Below the pieces are notes generated by a model. That model had not been told where the DNA came from, ran no database searches, and saw only the letters and a program-made list of their open reading frames with translations. A DNA stretch of 64,000 bases from assembly GCA_025558095.1 (NCBI GenBank), contig JAIVFI010000005.1, forward strand, positions 186,001 through 250,000, in the 5' to 3' direction. This document shows, in pieces, positions 11,080 to 21,009 of this stretch. Source of the stretch: Hyaloraphidium curvatum SAG 235-1. Its lineage: Eukaryota; Fungi; Monoblepharomycota. Position 1 is the first letter of the stretch. Each line of letters opens with the position of its first letter. A program made the position numbers and the translations under genes.

Positions 11080-11826
11080 CTATTGAGCCTCCCCTTCCTT
11101 CTCAAGCAAGTCCGCGAGCTCCACCGGCGCAGTTATCATGGCATCGTGCCCCGTCGCAATCTCCGCCAGTCTCCAGCCCCTGCTTGATGCCTCTTTGGCA
11201 AAGGCTCGGCTGCCCGAAAGCGGAGGATAGATTGGATCGATGCAGGTGATGTACGTCGCGGGCAGACCGTTCCCGACGGGACCTTTGATGTTCAGAGGGG
11301 TGTCGTAGGTGGCGAAAGGATGCGGAGTCAGCTTGCTTTCCACTAGTCGTCCAAGCTCGGGATCGTGTATGCCGAGAGCTTCCGCGTTCGGTGGAGGAAG
11401 CGAGAGCCCTCCAGAAGTCTGCATGGCGAGCTCGGTGCGATGGCGCTTCACTTCCGGGCCCAAGGAGTCCAACGGAGATATGCCACCCTCGAGGATGAGC
11501 GAGTCCAGGTAGATGAGGCGCCGAATCCGCTCCCTGGCGCGGTCCGCGACGCCCGAAATAACGGCTCCTCCGAAAGAATGCCCAACCAAGGTCACATCTT
11601 TCAAATCCTCGAAGTGCAGGAGATTGACAATGTCCGTGACAAAGGTGTCTAGTGTGATTTTCGGTCCCAGGGCCTCCAAGAGGTGCGACCGGTCCGCGAG
11701 TCCCGTGTTTGTCGGTGTGAAGACGGAATGGCCGCGAGAAGACAGGATCCGGGCGGTCTGGCGCCAGCACCACCCTCCATGCCACGCCCCGTGCACGAGG
11801 ACGAATGTTTGCGGGACTCCCGCCAT
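11080..11826 (-). CDS. alpha/beta hydrolase (Abhydrolase_6, methylesterase/salicylate-esterase-like), bacterial type
   Basis: Intronless. FVLVHGAWHGGWCW, LVGHSFGG, RLIYLD and ATGHDAMITAP. Confidence 0.9.
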   Translation of the reverse strand: MAGVPQTFVLVHGAWHGGWCWRQTARILSSRGHSVFTPTNTGLADRSHLLEALGPKITLDTFVTDIVNLLHFEDLKDVTLVGHSFGGAVISGVADRARERIRRLIYLDSLILEGGISPLDSLGPEVKRHRTELAMQTSGGLSLPPPNAEALGIHDPELGRLVESKLTPHPFATYDTPLNIKGPVGNGLPATYITCIDPIYPPLSGSRAFAKEASSRGWRLAEIATGHDAMITAPVELADLLEKEGEAQ

Positions 11827-11902
11827 CGCACGGCTGGGATGCGAAGGATGGAGTTGTCTTACTAGTTGTCTCCCGTTCTTAGAGCTCTCACTGGCCCGCT
11901 TC

Positions 11903-13389
11903 ATGAGCGTTTCATGGACCGAAGTCAAAGCTACAGCAGAGTTCGGAGAGGCTCTCTTTGCAGCAAAAGACATTCCGGCGGGGACCATTTTCCTGGCCGA
12001 GGAACCGCTTCTTGTCATCGAACCCTCGGAAGAGTTTCGGGCGCGAATCTTGAACCTCAATGCGAGCGTGTCAGAGAACGTAGTGATCTATGCTGCCGGC
12101 ATTCTATGTTTCCTTGAGGCTCCTAGTGATGTGAAGGAGAAGGTTCTTGGGCTGTATTCTCCGGATCCGGATTTGTTCGCGGACAGCGCCATGGTTCAGG
12201 ATGCAGTCCTCGCTGCGGCCCTCTCCGTGAACCTTTTGCCCTCTCTCGAGCCAGCTCTGGCTCGTTGTGTGGCGCTCATCCTCGGGGCCAACTCGTGGGG
12301 CTACCTGGACGGCTCTTGCGGGCTCTTTGCTCTGGGAAGCAAGCTCGCCCACACGTGCGGGGTCCCCGCCTCTCGATACTCGTCGCGGCCATACAAAGGA
12401 CCCGATGGGACGCTAGTCCAGGACGGTCACCATGTTGCGCTGCGTGATATTTGCGCCGGCGAAATGGTCACGACGACGTACGTTCGCCAACCGCTCGGAA
12501 GACCGCAAAGGAAAGAGTACCTCTACCACACGAAGGCATTCATTTGCGCCTGCGCGAGATGCAGCTCTGGGGTGAGGTCTGTCGTTCATTAATCGCGGGT
12601 TCGTATACTCACGACTGTGTCCAGTTACCTGACAACCTGCGCGGCCTTTCTTGTCCGTCATGTGGGCCGCGCCGCCTTCCAGGCGGACGATTTCCCGCCG
12701 ATGCATTTCAAAGTGGCGCTCACGGCGTCATTTACTGCTTCAACGAGGGAGAGGAGGCACGTTGGACATGCAACGTCTGCTCGGCTTCTTTCGAGGACGA
12801 TCCGCGAGCGCTCCTTGGCACCGCGTCAAAGATCAGCTTGAATCTCGAGGAGAAACTTGCTGCAAGAGCATTGGCCATGGATTTCGAAGCCGAAATCCGG
12901 GGACCGCCGTCAAGAGAAAGGGTGGAGTCGTTGCTGTCGACGGTCCAAAGCTTCCTCGGCGCTTCTCATTGGGCAACCAACCTTGTCCTGAAGATCTGTT
13001 TGGAGTCGGTTTCTGATTCGCTTTTGGCCGCGGTGGATTCGAAACAGCCCCTGGATAGCTTTGCTACTGACTTGACGGCACTTGAAGGAAGCTGCACTCG
13101 GCTCTGGACCTTTATCGCAGGCGACGGCGCTTCTGTGCCTCCAACGACGGACGATCCATTCGAGTACTGCGTTAGGAGCTTCATCGAAGTCACAAATGCT
13201 GTTCTGCTCTATTCCGCGCAGTTTTCCGGACAGGATGCCGTTCTCCGGAATGAAGCCCTTCGAGTGTCGAAACGCTTGCTTGGGTTGATTCGAAATCGAA
13301 TGGAGTCGACGAGGCAATGGGTTCAGCCTCATGTGGCGCTGGAGCGCTATGACGAAGCTGTCGTCCTGTGCGGTTCAGCTGAGGAGTGA
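11903..13389 (+). CDS. SET-domain protein (SMYD-like lysine methyltransferase)
   Basis: GEALFAAKDIPAGTIFLAEEPL, GLFALGSKLAHTC, ALRDICAGEMVTTTY and post-SET FICACARC. An intron at about 12572-12624 leads to a CPSC..WTCNVC zinc motif and a helical C-terminus. Confidence 0.8.
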
Positions 13390-13448
13390 TGACTGGGCTT
13401 TCGGGGGCACACCGTCATCGCTCACCAACAACAGCGTCCTCCGCAAAC

Positions 13449-14555
13449 ATGGTGAATCGGATTTTCCTGTGGACAGCTCCTCGCAGGTGAAAGACTTCAG
13501 CCACTTGAACGACCGTGGAGGCTCGAATGACCCGCGCAGCGTTTCGACGGCCTTCGAAAGGCAATTTCACGAGTACCCCCGCTGTCAGGTTCTGCATGAG
13601 CCGCTTTCCGTGCCATACCATCTGGGACCCGACAGGAAGGTCGCGCGCTTCGCGCAGGAAACGGAGGAGACCATGGAGTCGGTGCGGGCGTCCTTGGAAG
13701 CCTTCCGCGGGGAAAAGGACCGGGACATCCTGTTTGTGAAGGAACTTGCCTTCATGGCCATTCATGGACTCGCTGGTATTGACGATGACTTCATTGGAAA
13801 CTGCTCCGACCGGCTGGATTGTGTGCTTGACGAGCATCTCGGCTGGTAAGAGATTTCACTTCGACCTTCATCATTCGAACGCCGGAAGAAGATCAGGCTC
13901 TTCTTTGGTTCCGATTCCGACATCTCCTCATCGTTTTTGCTCTAGCACTCCCATCACTGGTTCATCAGCTGCGGAAGACACACCCGGACCCACGTACTTA
14001 TTCTCTGCGCCACGAGTGCGGGATCGGCGCCCTCCACCGGTTCTTTCACTACGTTACGGACACCTTGGGGCAGAACGCGATCGTCGTCGACTCTGGCGAC
14101 CTGCGATCGCACCCGGAAGCTGTTCTGCGGGCGTACTGCTCCGAAGTGGGCGTCGATTTCCGGGAGGAGATGCTGCGATGGGACAAATCTAGTTCGTGCT
14201 CCTCGCACCAGTGCCGTTTAGGAGATCACTGAAGCAGCTCTCTCGGGGGATCGCAGAGAAGGTTGCTGAGTGGGAAACGTGGTCGAAACGTGGCTGGCAT
14301 GACGTCGCGGCCTCGACTTCCATGATCGAACCCGTCAAGACGACTTTGGCTGCCGATCGGGCGAGATCCATTTCCCAGGAACCGGAAGTCAAAGAGCTTA
14401 TCGAAGCATGCCGGCCTGGTGAGACTTTTCGAGGGCATGGACTGCTGCGCTGACATTAGAGCTTAGTCTTCGACGAGCTCTACGAGCGACGCCTCCGGAT
14501 CGATCGGCCATCACTCAACAAGGATTCGATGAGCGACAGCGACTCCGACGATTGA
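13449..14555 (+). CDS. sulfotransferase-like P-loop protein (family found N-terminal to BCAT-like proteins), multi-exon
   Basis: Spliced MVNRIFLWTAPRSVSTAFER..VLHEP..FVKELA..TFIIRTP..IVVDSGDL..PEAVLRAYC..VGVDF..MLRW..WHD..ST..FDELY. Internal junctions near 13780-13940 are uncertain. Confidence 0.7.
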
Positions 14556-14590
14556 CCATGCATCTTGTCTTTGTCTCAATCTCCATCGCT

Positions 14591-17242
14591 CTACATCCTC
14601 GGGTTCGCCCCGCCCGTCGAGCCTTCCTGCCCCCGGCCGTCGAGCTCCATAGGGTCCCCTCCGCGCTCCACCGTCACCACCCTCCCGCGCCTCCCGTCGG
14701 GCGCGAAACACGCCAGTGATGCCCTCGCCCCTTGCACCCGCACTGGCCCGCCGTAAAGCGGGTCCGACCGTCCGGGATCGAGTCCGTCGGTGCGGTACCT
14801 GATTTCGCACGGCACATCCACGTTGGCGTGCAGCACGCCGTCCTGGATGACCGCCCCCGGGACGGGGGCGCGGTACCGCCACGGTCCACCCCCGCCTGCG
14901 GCAGCGTATGCACCGAACACATCCAGCCGGGGCATCTCCCTCCCCGCAACTCGCGCCGCAAACTCCCTCCACCCGCGCGCCCGCGCTTCACGGTCCCAGC
15001 TCTCGATGGGATCGCTCCCCCACGCCCGCTCGGCAATGGCGAGCAGCCTGGGCATGAGCATGTGCTCGAGCCGCTCCGCGCTCCGCACGAGCTCGCTCCA
15101 CAGCTGCGCCTGCACGCCGACGACGTTGCGCCGCCCGGATTCGGTGAGCCGTTCCAGCCGTTCGACGGTGCCGGGGCGGAGGTCCTGCCCGTATAGCGTC
15201 TTTTCCGGCGGGTCGGCGAAGAGGTCCAGGGGCGAAAAGTCCCAGGCGTTCCGGAGCGACGTGAACGCTCCCCAATACAATCCAGGCTCAAGCGGGTTCT
15301 TTTCGTACGCGAAATCGAGGTATGCGTACGGCCCGGAGCAGAGCACGATCGGAAACCCCGCATTAGCGAGGCGATACCCGAGGTCCTCGGCGCCGCTACC
15401 CCAAATGGTGTTCCACACGCAAGCAACGGGCGGCCGGCCTCCCAGCAGCGCCCGATTGACGATCCGCCGGCGCTTGCCGCCTTCTTCGGCGTCGGTGACG
15501 GCGATCTCCTCCCACCCCGCCGTCCGCTGGATCCCCATCTCGCTGCATATGGAAATCACCTGCCCCCAAAACCCGTCCAGCAGTTCCCTCAGCGAGCAAC
15601 CCCTCCGCCGCAGCTCCTCGAGAACCAGCGGGTCCCTTTCCCACGCCCCGGCGGCGACCTCGTCCCCGCCGAGGTGCACCATCTCCAGCTCCGCACCGGC
15701 TTCGTTCCAGATCGCTCTCAGTTCGCGAAGAACGTGTCGTACGAAGCGGAGCACCGATGGCCGCGCAATACACATGACGTTATCGCGGAAGGACTGCGCC
15801 GAGGAGTAGACCGAGGCGTCCCCCGGACTCGAGAGCAGGTACTCTTCGGCCTCCTCCCGCGACCCGCCCCGAGCGAGGATGTTGTGCGCGCGGGCTTCCA
15901 TCGCCCGCATCGCCGCCCTCGCGTGGCCCGGCATCTCCACCTCGGGCACAACCCGAATGTGCCTCCTCTTCGCCTCGGCCACCAGCCGCACCGCATCCGC
16001 GCGGGTCAAGAAACCGGTCCCCGGGGCGCGCGGGAACGGCCCCGACCCTTGCGCGGGTGGCAGCGCCGCCCGGGGATCCACGACCCCCGCGTGCGACCGC
16101 ACGGCGCCGACCGAGGTGAGTTCCTCCAGCCCGGGAATTTCGATCCTCCATCCCTCGTCGTCCGAAAAATGGAGCTGCAGCACCGAGAGCTTGTACAGCG
16201 CCATGGCGTCCAGCGCGCGCAAGAGGGTCGGGAGGGGGTGGAAGTTGCGCGAAATGTCGAGGTGCAGGCCGCGGTACCCGAAACGGGGCTCGTCTGAGAT
16301 GCGGATGGGGGCGAGGTCCGCCGCGGAGGATGCGGTGGCGGGGTGGAGCGCGTTGCCGGCGAGCTGGACGAGGGTGGTGCAGGCGCGGAAGGCGCCCGAT
16401 GGGGACAGGGCCTCCAGGCGGGCGTTGGCGGCCGAGACTGAGATCTCGTAGGCTTCCGGGTTGCGGTCCGGGTGCGAGTCGTTGGCCACGAGCTCGATCG
16501 GAGGTTCCTTGTCGGCGGCCTGGGGCGGCGAGCTCGACACGCGCAGCGGGGGGGCACCGAGCAGCCTGCCGAGAACCTCGGCCAGGTACTTTGCCTCCTC
16601 CTCGAACGTCGGGGCGCACACAATCAACGTCCCCTTCGTGAGCCGAAATGGCGCTCCCCGCTCGAGGCGCCAGTGCTTGGGCTTGGGCGTCACGGGGCAG
16701 ATCTCCTCCGGGGGCAGCGCACCCCGCGTGTTGGCCTCGTTGGTAGCGTACCGCAACTCGGCCGTAACCGCCGGCACCCCGTCGCGCGGGCCGCGGAGCA
16801 GCTGCTCGCGGCGCGAAAAGGGCGCCACCTTGGGCTCGCCGATGTCGACCACCGTGCCGTCCGGGAAGGCAAGGTAGAAGCCCGAGGGCGCGTCGGTTTC
16901 CGAGATGGAGAAGAAGGAGACGGCGAAGCGGGCGGCCAAGGTCTCGCCGGGGCGAAGCTCGAACGCATCCGGGTGCGCGGGGGACAGTCTGCAGAAGTCC
17001 CCATTGATGTGGGCGGCGACCAACGCGTGGCGGTTCGGCGGCACCGGGCGAGCAGGCGGCACGGCGTAGAGGTCCGCGGCGGGCGGCGCCGCGGAGGGCG
17101 TCCGCATCGACGAGAAGAGGAGGTCGAACCTTCCGGAGAGCGGGTCGGCGGACGCGTTCGTCAGCCGCACTTCCACGATGAAGGGGGCGCCGGGCAGCGG
17201 TGAGGCGTTCGTCTCGCATTCGAACTCGACGGAGAACGCCAT
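14591..17242 (-). CDS. beta-N-acetylhexosaminidase/chitobiase, GH20, bacterial-type domain architecture
   Basis: Intronless, about 883 aa. DEPRFGYRGLHLDISRNF, HFSDDEGWRIEIPGL, PEVEMPGHARAA, catalytic HLGGDEV, YLDFAY, GVQAQLWSE and PRLLAIAERAW. N-terminal CHB_HEX-like region (HINGDFCRLSP) and C-terminal IRYRTDG domain. Confidence 0.92.
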   Translation of the reverse strand: MAFSVEFECETNASPLPGAPFIVEVRLTNASADPLSGRFDLLFSSMRTPSAAPPAADLYAVPPARPVPPNRHALVAAHINGDFCRLSPAHPDAFELRPGETLAARFAVSFFSISETDAPSGFYLAFPDGTVVDIGEPKVAPFSRREQLLRGPRDGVPAVTAELRYATNEANTRGALPPEEICPVTPKPKHWRLERGAPFRLTKGTLIVCAPTFEEEAKYLAEVLGRLLGAPPLRVSSSPPQAADKEPPIELVANDSHPDRNPEAYEISVSAANARLEALSPSGAFRACTTLVQLAGNALHPATASSAADLAPIRISDEPRFGYRGLHLDISRNFHPLPTLLRALDAMALYKLSVLQLHFSDDEGWRIEIPGLEELTSVGAVRSHAGVVDPRAALPPAQGSGPFPRAPGTGFLTRADAVRLVAEAKRRHIRVVPEVEMPGHARAAMRAMEARAHNILARGGSREEAEEYLLSSPGDASVYSSAQSFRDNVMCIARPSVLRFVRHVLRELRAIWNEAGAELEMVHLGGDEVAAGAWERDPLVLEELRRRGCSLRELLDGFWGQVISICSEMGIQRTAGWEEIAVTDAEEGGKRRRIVNRALLGGRPPVACVWNTIWGSGAEDLGYRLANAGFPIVLCSGPYAYLDFAYEKNPLEPGLYWGAFTSLRNAWDFSPLDLFADPPEKTLYGQDLRPGTVERLERLTESGRRNVVGVQAQLWSELVRSAERLEHMLMPRLLAIAERAWGSDPIESWDREARARGWREFAARVAGREMPRLDVFGAYAAAGGGGPWRYRAPVPGAVIQDGVLHANVDVPCEIRYRTDGLDPGRSDPLYGGPVRVQGARASLACFAPDGRRGRVVTVERGGDPMELDGRGQEGSTGGANPRM

Positions 17243-17534
17243 CTCGGAGGAATCTGCGGGGGGCGCGTTCTTCCTCTTCTCGAGCTCGTCAGGTCGAGAG
17301 CACCGATCGGTGCCCTCCCACTCGAGCCGCCCGCCGATCGGCATCAGATTTATTCAGCCGTTCATCGCAGCATCCACCGTCAGAGATTGAAGTGCCTTTC
17401 CGGGTTGCTGGCGCCGGGTGGTTGCTTGCGCGCCAAGTCAAGCGGCATCCTCGGGGTGGCGAAGCCCCCCAGTCACATCCGCTTTACCGACGCCGTGTCG
17501 CAGCCGCTGCCGTTTCCGGCGGCCGCAGCGAACG

Positions 17535-19191
17535 ATGCGCTCTCTCCTTAGCGGCCCGGGGCGGCCTGCGCCCCGCCGTGCCCCGCTCCCGACCGCCCTT
17601 CCGGCGCGGCAGCCGGGGGGACCATTGTTCCTAAGCTTCGTGCTCCTCCTCGTCGCCGGTCTCGCCGCCGCCTCCCCGCCCGACCCGCGGACGATGCTGC
17701 TGCGCTGCGATGTTCACGACGCCCTGCGGATAGAGTTCCGGGCCCACGCGAGGGAGGCCGGCGCGGACTTCTGGGGCCCCGCGGGGCCCGACAGCGGCGG
17801 CCTGCTGCTGCGCGTGCGCCCCGATGCGCGGCAGGCGATCGAGGCGCTGGCAGGGAGCCCCTGCGAGCTCGTATCGGGGAACGTGTACGCCGACGCCGCC
17901 CTTGCCGCCGACGCACCGCTGGTGCAGAAGGACCTGGCCGGAAACCAGACCTTCTTCGTGCAGTACCCGCGCTACGACCAGGTCGTCGCTTACCTCCGGG
18001 ACCTCGCTGCCAACCTCCCCGCGGGCGTGGTGGGCTCGCTGTCGAGCATCGGAAAGTCGGTCGAGGGCAGGGACCTGTACGTGTTCCGCGTGACCTCATC
18101 CGGGGGCCCGGCGGGAAAGAAGCAGATATGGTAGGAGTGCCAACAGCTCTCGGATGGAGAAGAGATCTGAAACCTCTGCTGGCAGGATCAACGGGTTGCA
18201 GCATGCCCGGGAATGGGTCGCATGCACCACCGCCCTCTACATCCTCTCGAACCTCATCGGCTCGCACGCGACGGAGCCGCAGATGCTGGAACACTTCGAG
18301 TGGTTCGTGAGCCCGCTCGCCAACCCCGACGGGTGAGCCGTTCCGTCGCTGTCTCGACATCCGCCCCCCCTCACCGCCGCCCGCCTGTTCCGCAGCTACG
18401 AGTATTCGCACACCACGGACCGATACTGGCGGAAAAACCGCCGCCCCACTCCGGGCCCCGTGGACCTGAACCGCAACTGGCCCTACTTCTGGTCCCTCGA
18501 CGGCGGCGCCTCCACCGACCCCGACTCGGACGTTTACCGCGGCCCCTCCGCGCTCAGCGAGCCCGAAACCTCCTCCCTCCATGCGGCCATCATCGCCCTC
18601 CCGCGGCGTTTCGCCCTCTTCGACCTGCATTCCTTCGGCCAGCTCATCCTCCGCAACTGGGGCTTCACCAACCCCTCCGTCTCCTCCCTCGAACCCGCGC
18701 TGACGGCCCTCGGGAACCAGATGTGGTACGCCGCCTACCTGGCCACGGGCGCGGTGTACACCTCCATCCGCGCCGCGCAGCTGTACCCCGCCTCGGGGTG
18801 CATGGACGACTGGGCCGGCGCCGCGGGGATGGTGGCCGTCACCGTCGAGCTGCGCGACCGCGGGTCGAGGGGGTTCGCTGTGCCCCCGGATGCGATCGTG
18901 CCGACGGGGGAGGACGGGTGGGCGATGGCCAAAGCTTTCGTGGAGTTCGCCTTGTCGCCCGAGGGGGCGGCGCTGGGGCCGCAAACGAGCGTGCCCAGCG
19001 ACGGGGTGTACATAACGGACGGGAAGCCGATATTGGCGGGGTATGTGCCGCCGGTGGTGGCGACGACGCAGAAGATCGTGCGGACGACCTCGCGGAGGAG
19101 AACCACCACCAAGAGGCGGAAGACGACGACGAAGCGGAGAAAGACGACCTCGCGGAGGAGAAAGACGACCACGAGGCGAAGAGCTCAGTAG
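17535..19191 (+). CDS. secreted zinc carboxypeptidase (M14A) with basic Thr/Arg/Lys repeat tail
   Basis: Hydrophobic leader and prodomain. IGKSVEGRDL, spliced QIW/INGLQHAREW (His and Glu zinc ligands), NPDG/YEYS, WRKNR, DLNRNW, YRGPSALSEPE, DLHSFG and VELRD. Introns at about 18132-18185 and 18333-18395. Confidence 0.9.
19081..19188 (+). repeat. coding heptad repeat (R/K)TT(S/T)(R/K)RR, about 5 copies
   Basis: RTTSRRR TTTKRRK TTTKRRK TTSRRRK TTTRRRAQ. The DNA unit is about 21 bp, and acgacctcgcggaggaga occurs twice. Confidence 0.8.
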
Positions 19192-19255
19192 CCGATGACG
19201 AAGCTGCCCACGATATGCTGCGGCCCACTGCAACCAGTTCCGAACCGCGCGGAGT

Positions 19256-20804
19256 TCACTCCTCGTCGTCCTCCCTGGACCACCCGCTCCTCACGCTCCT
19301 CAGGCTCCGCACCTCCTCGTCCTCCCCCAAATCCTCCTTCAGCCACCCCGCCACCACCCCCGCCACGTGCTCTGCGTCCCCCCGATCGAGCACGAACGCA
19401 TGCGGCAGCTGGTACGGGTCCAGCTGCAGCCTTTCGAGGTGCTCGGGCGGGAAAACCGAGCGCAGGTTGCGGTAGTGCGCCAGCGGAGCCCACGCGTCGC
19501 GGGTGGAGTAGTAACCCCTGACGCGGTGCGCGTTCCGGGCGAAGAAGTCCCGGTCCAGCGCCGCGACGGCGGACATCTCGTCGTCCGACATGATCAGCGC
19601 CGAGAGGACGGTGGAGTAGCCCGCGAGGCGGAGGGCGGTGATGCGGGCGTATTCCGGGGGCTGGGAGGAGAGGCGGGCGACGAGGTCGACGAGGGCGTCC
19701 GTGGGGAGGGCGAGGCGGAGGGAGGAGATGAGGCCGGCGAGGAGGTTGCGCCACGGGGGCTTGAACATGCGCTGCGACGAAAGCACGTCAGCACGCCGGA
19801 ACCGACGGGAAAACCAAGCAACGCACATGCTGACGGACTCCGTTCGGCGTGTTGACAATGTCCTCGAGCGTGGGGAAGAGGCAGTACAGCCCCTTTATCC
19901 GCGGCTCGTCCTCGAGCGCCTTGAGCACCTGCGAGGAGATCCAAGCCCCGATCGAGTGCCCTGCGATGTAGATGCTGGCCGACGGGTACCACTCCATCGC
20001 CTGCCGGACGAGGGCGATCTTGGCTTCGACCTGTTCCGCGAGGGTGTGGGAAAAGACGTCGGAGTCCGGTGCGGGCAGGGTGGTCGAGTGGCCGATGTGT
20101 CCGGTCGCGACGATCGCAATCCGCTTCCCCAGAAACGTGTGTACGTCCGACAAGAAGTCGTTGTAGAAGTCGACGATGCCCGGATTCCCGCTGACCATGA
20201 CCAGAACCTGCTTCACGTCTCCGATTCCGGGTCTGCCCTCCCAGACCATGATGTCCGACTCGACGGTACCGGCCTGTAGAGGCAGACGGACGATCCGCAT
20301 GGTCGGATCCGGCATCCCCGCGGCGCCACCGACAGTAAGCACCGGCACGTCGTCCCGCATGGTCACCGGGGGCGGGCGCACCACGCGCGGGTCCGTCGGC
20401 GACTCCTGCTCCCCCGGCACGTGCGCGTGCGGCGGCCCCTTGGGTTCGTCCCCCGAGACGTCCTCCAGCACGTCGTGCGCGAGCTGGTGCGCGATTCGGT
20501 CCGCAGTTTTGAAGCTCATCAGGTCCCGGAGAGTTTTGGGAACGACAAAGGTGACGACCTTCTCGATGAAGGCCGAGATGGAATGCGCAGCGGGCCGGGG
20601 GCCATTCTCCGCGCGGGTAGGCGCCGCGGTCAGAAAAGGATGAAGGATGAATGAAACGACTGAGGCAAAGATGGCCGACGGCCGGAGGTGCCGCGGGATG
20701 AGGCCCCGCCGCGGGGACGAAGTCGAGTTCATCTTTTCGCGCAGCTCCCGGGCTGGGCCAGCGCCGTTCATGGGCGGTGAGAGGAGCCGCGCGAAACGGC
20801 GCAT
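19256..20804 (-). CDS. lipid-droplet-associated hydrolase (LDAH/DUF2305-like)
   Basis: VSGNPGIVDFYNDFL, HTLAEQVEAK, IAGHSIGAWI, LFPTL..IVNTPNG, YYSTRDAWAP and PHAFV. One intron at about 19771-19833. The start codon is uncertain. Confidence 0.85.
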
Positions 20805-21009
20805 GTAATGAGGTCGGAACAGGGGTCCGACCGTTCAAGCGCGAAGACAACAACGAGAGAAAACGCGGGCGCCGTCGGAGGATGGAGCCGATCGCGGGCG
20901 GCAGTCACAAGCTGCGTTCGGGCCGCACGAACTCCGACGCGGACATCTCCCATCTTTTCCGGAACTCGCTCAAAACTGGCATCGTAACATGGTGAAGCTG
21001 CTGCATTGC

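Noticed and set aside
13770-13940. Second possible GA-donor intron in the sulfotransferase-like gene
   Set aside because: A canonical in-phase GT donor at about 13777 can also explain the junction, so it cannot be decided without cDNA.
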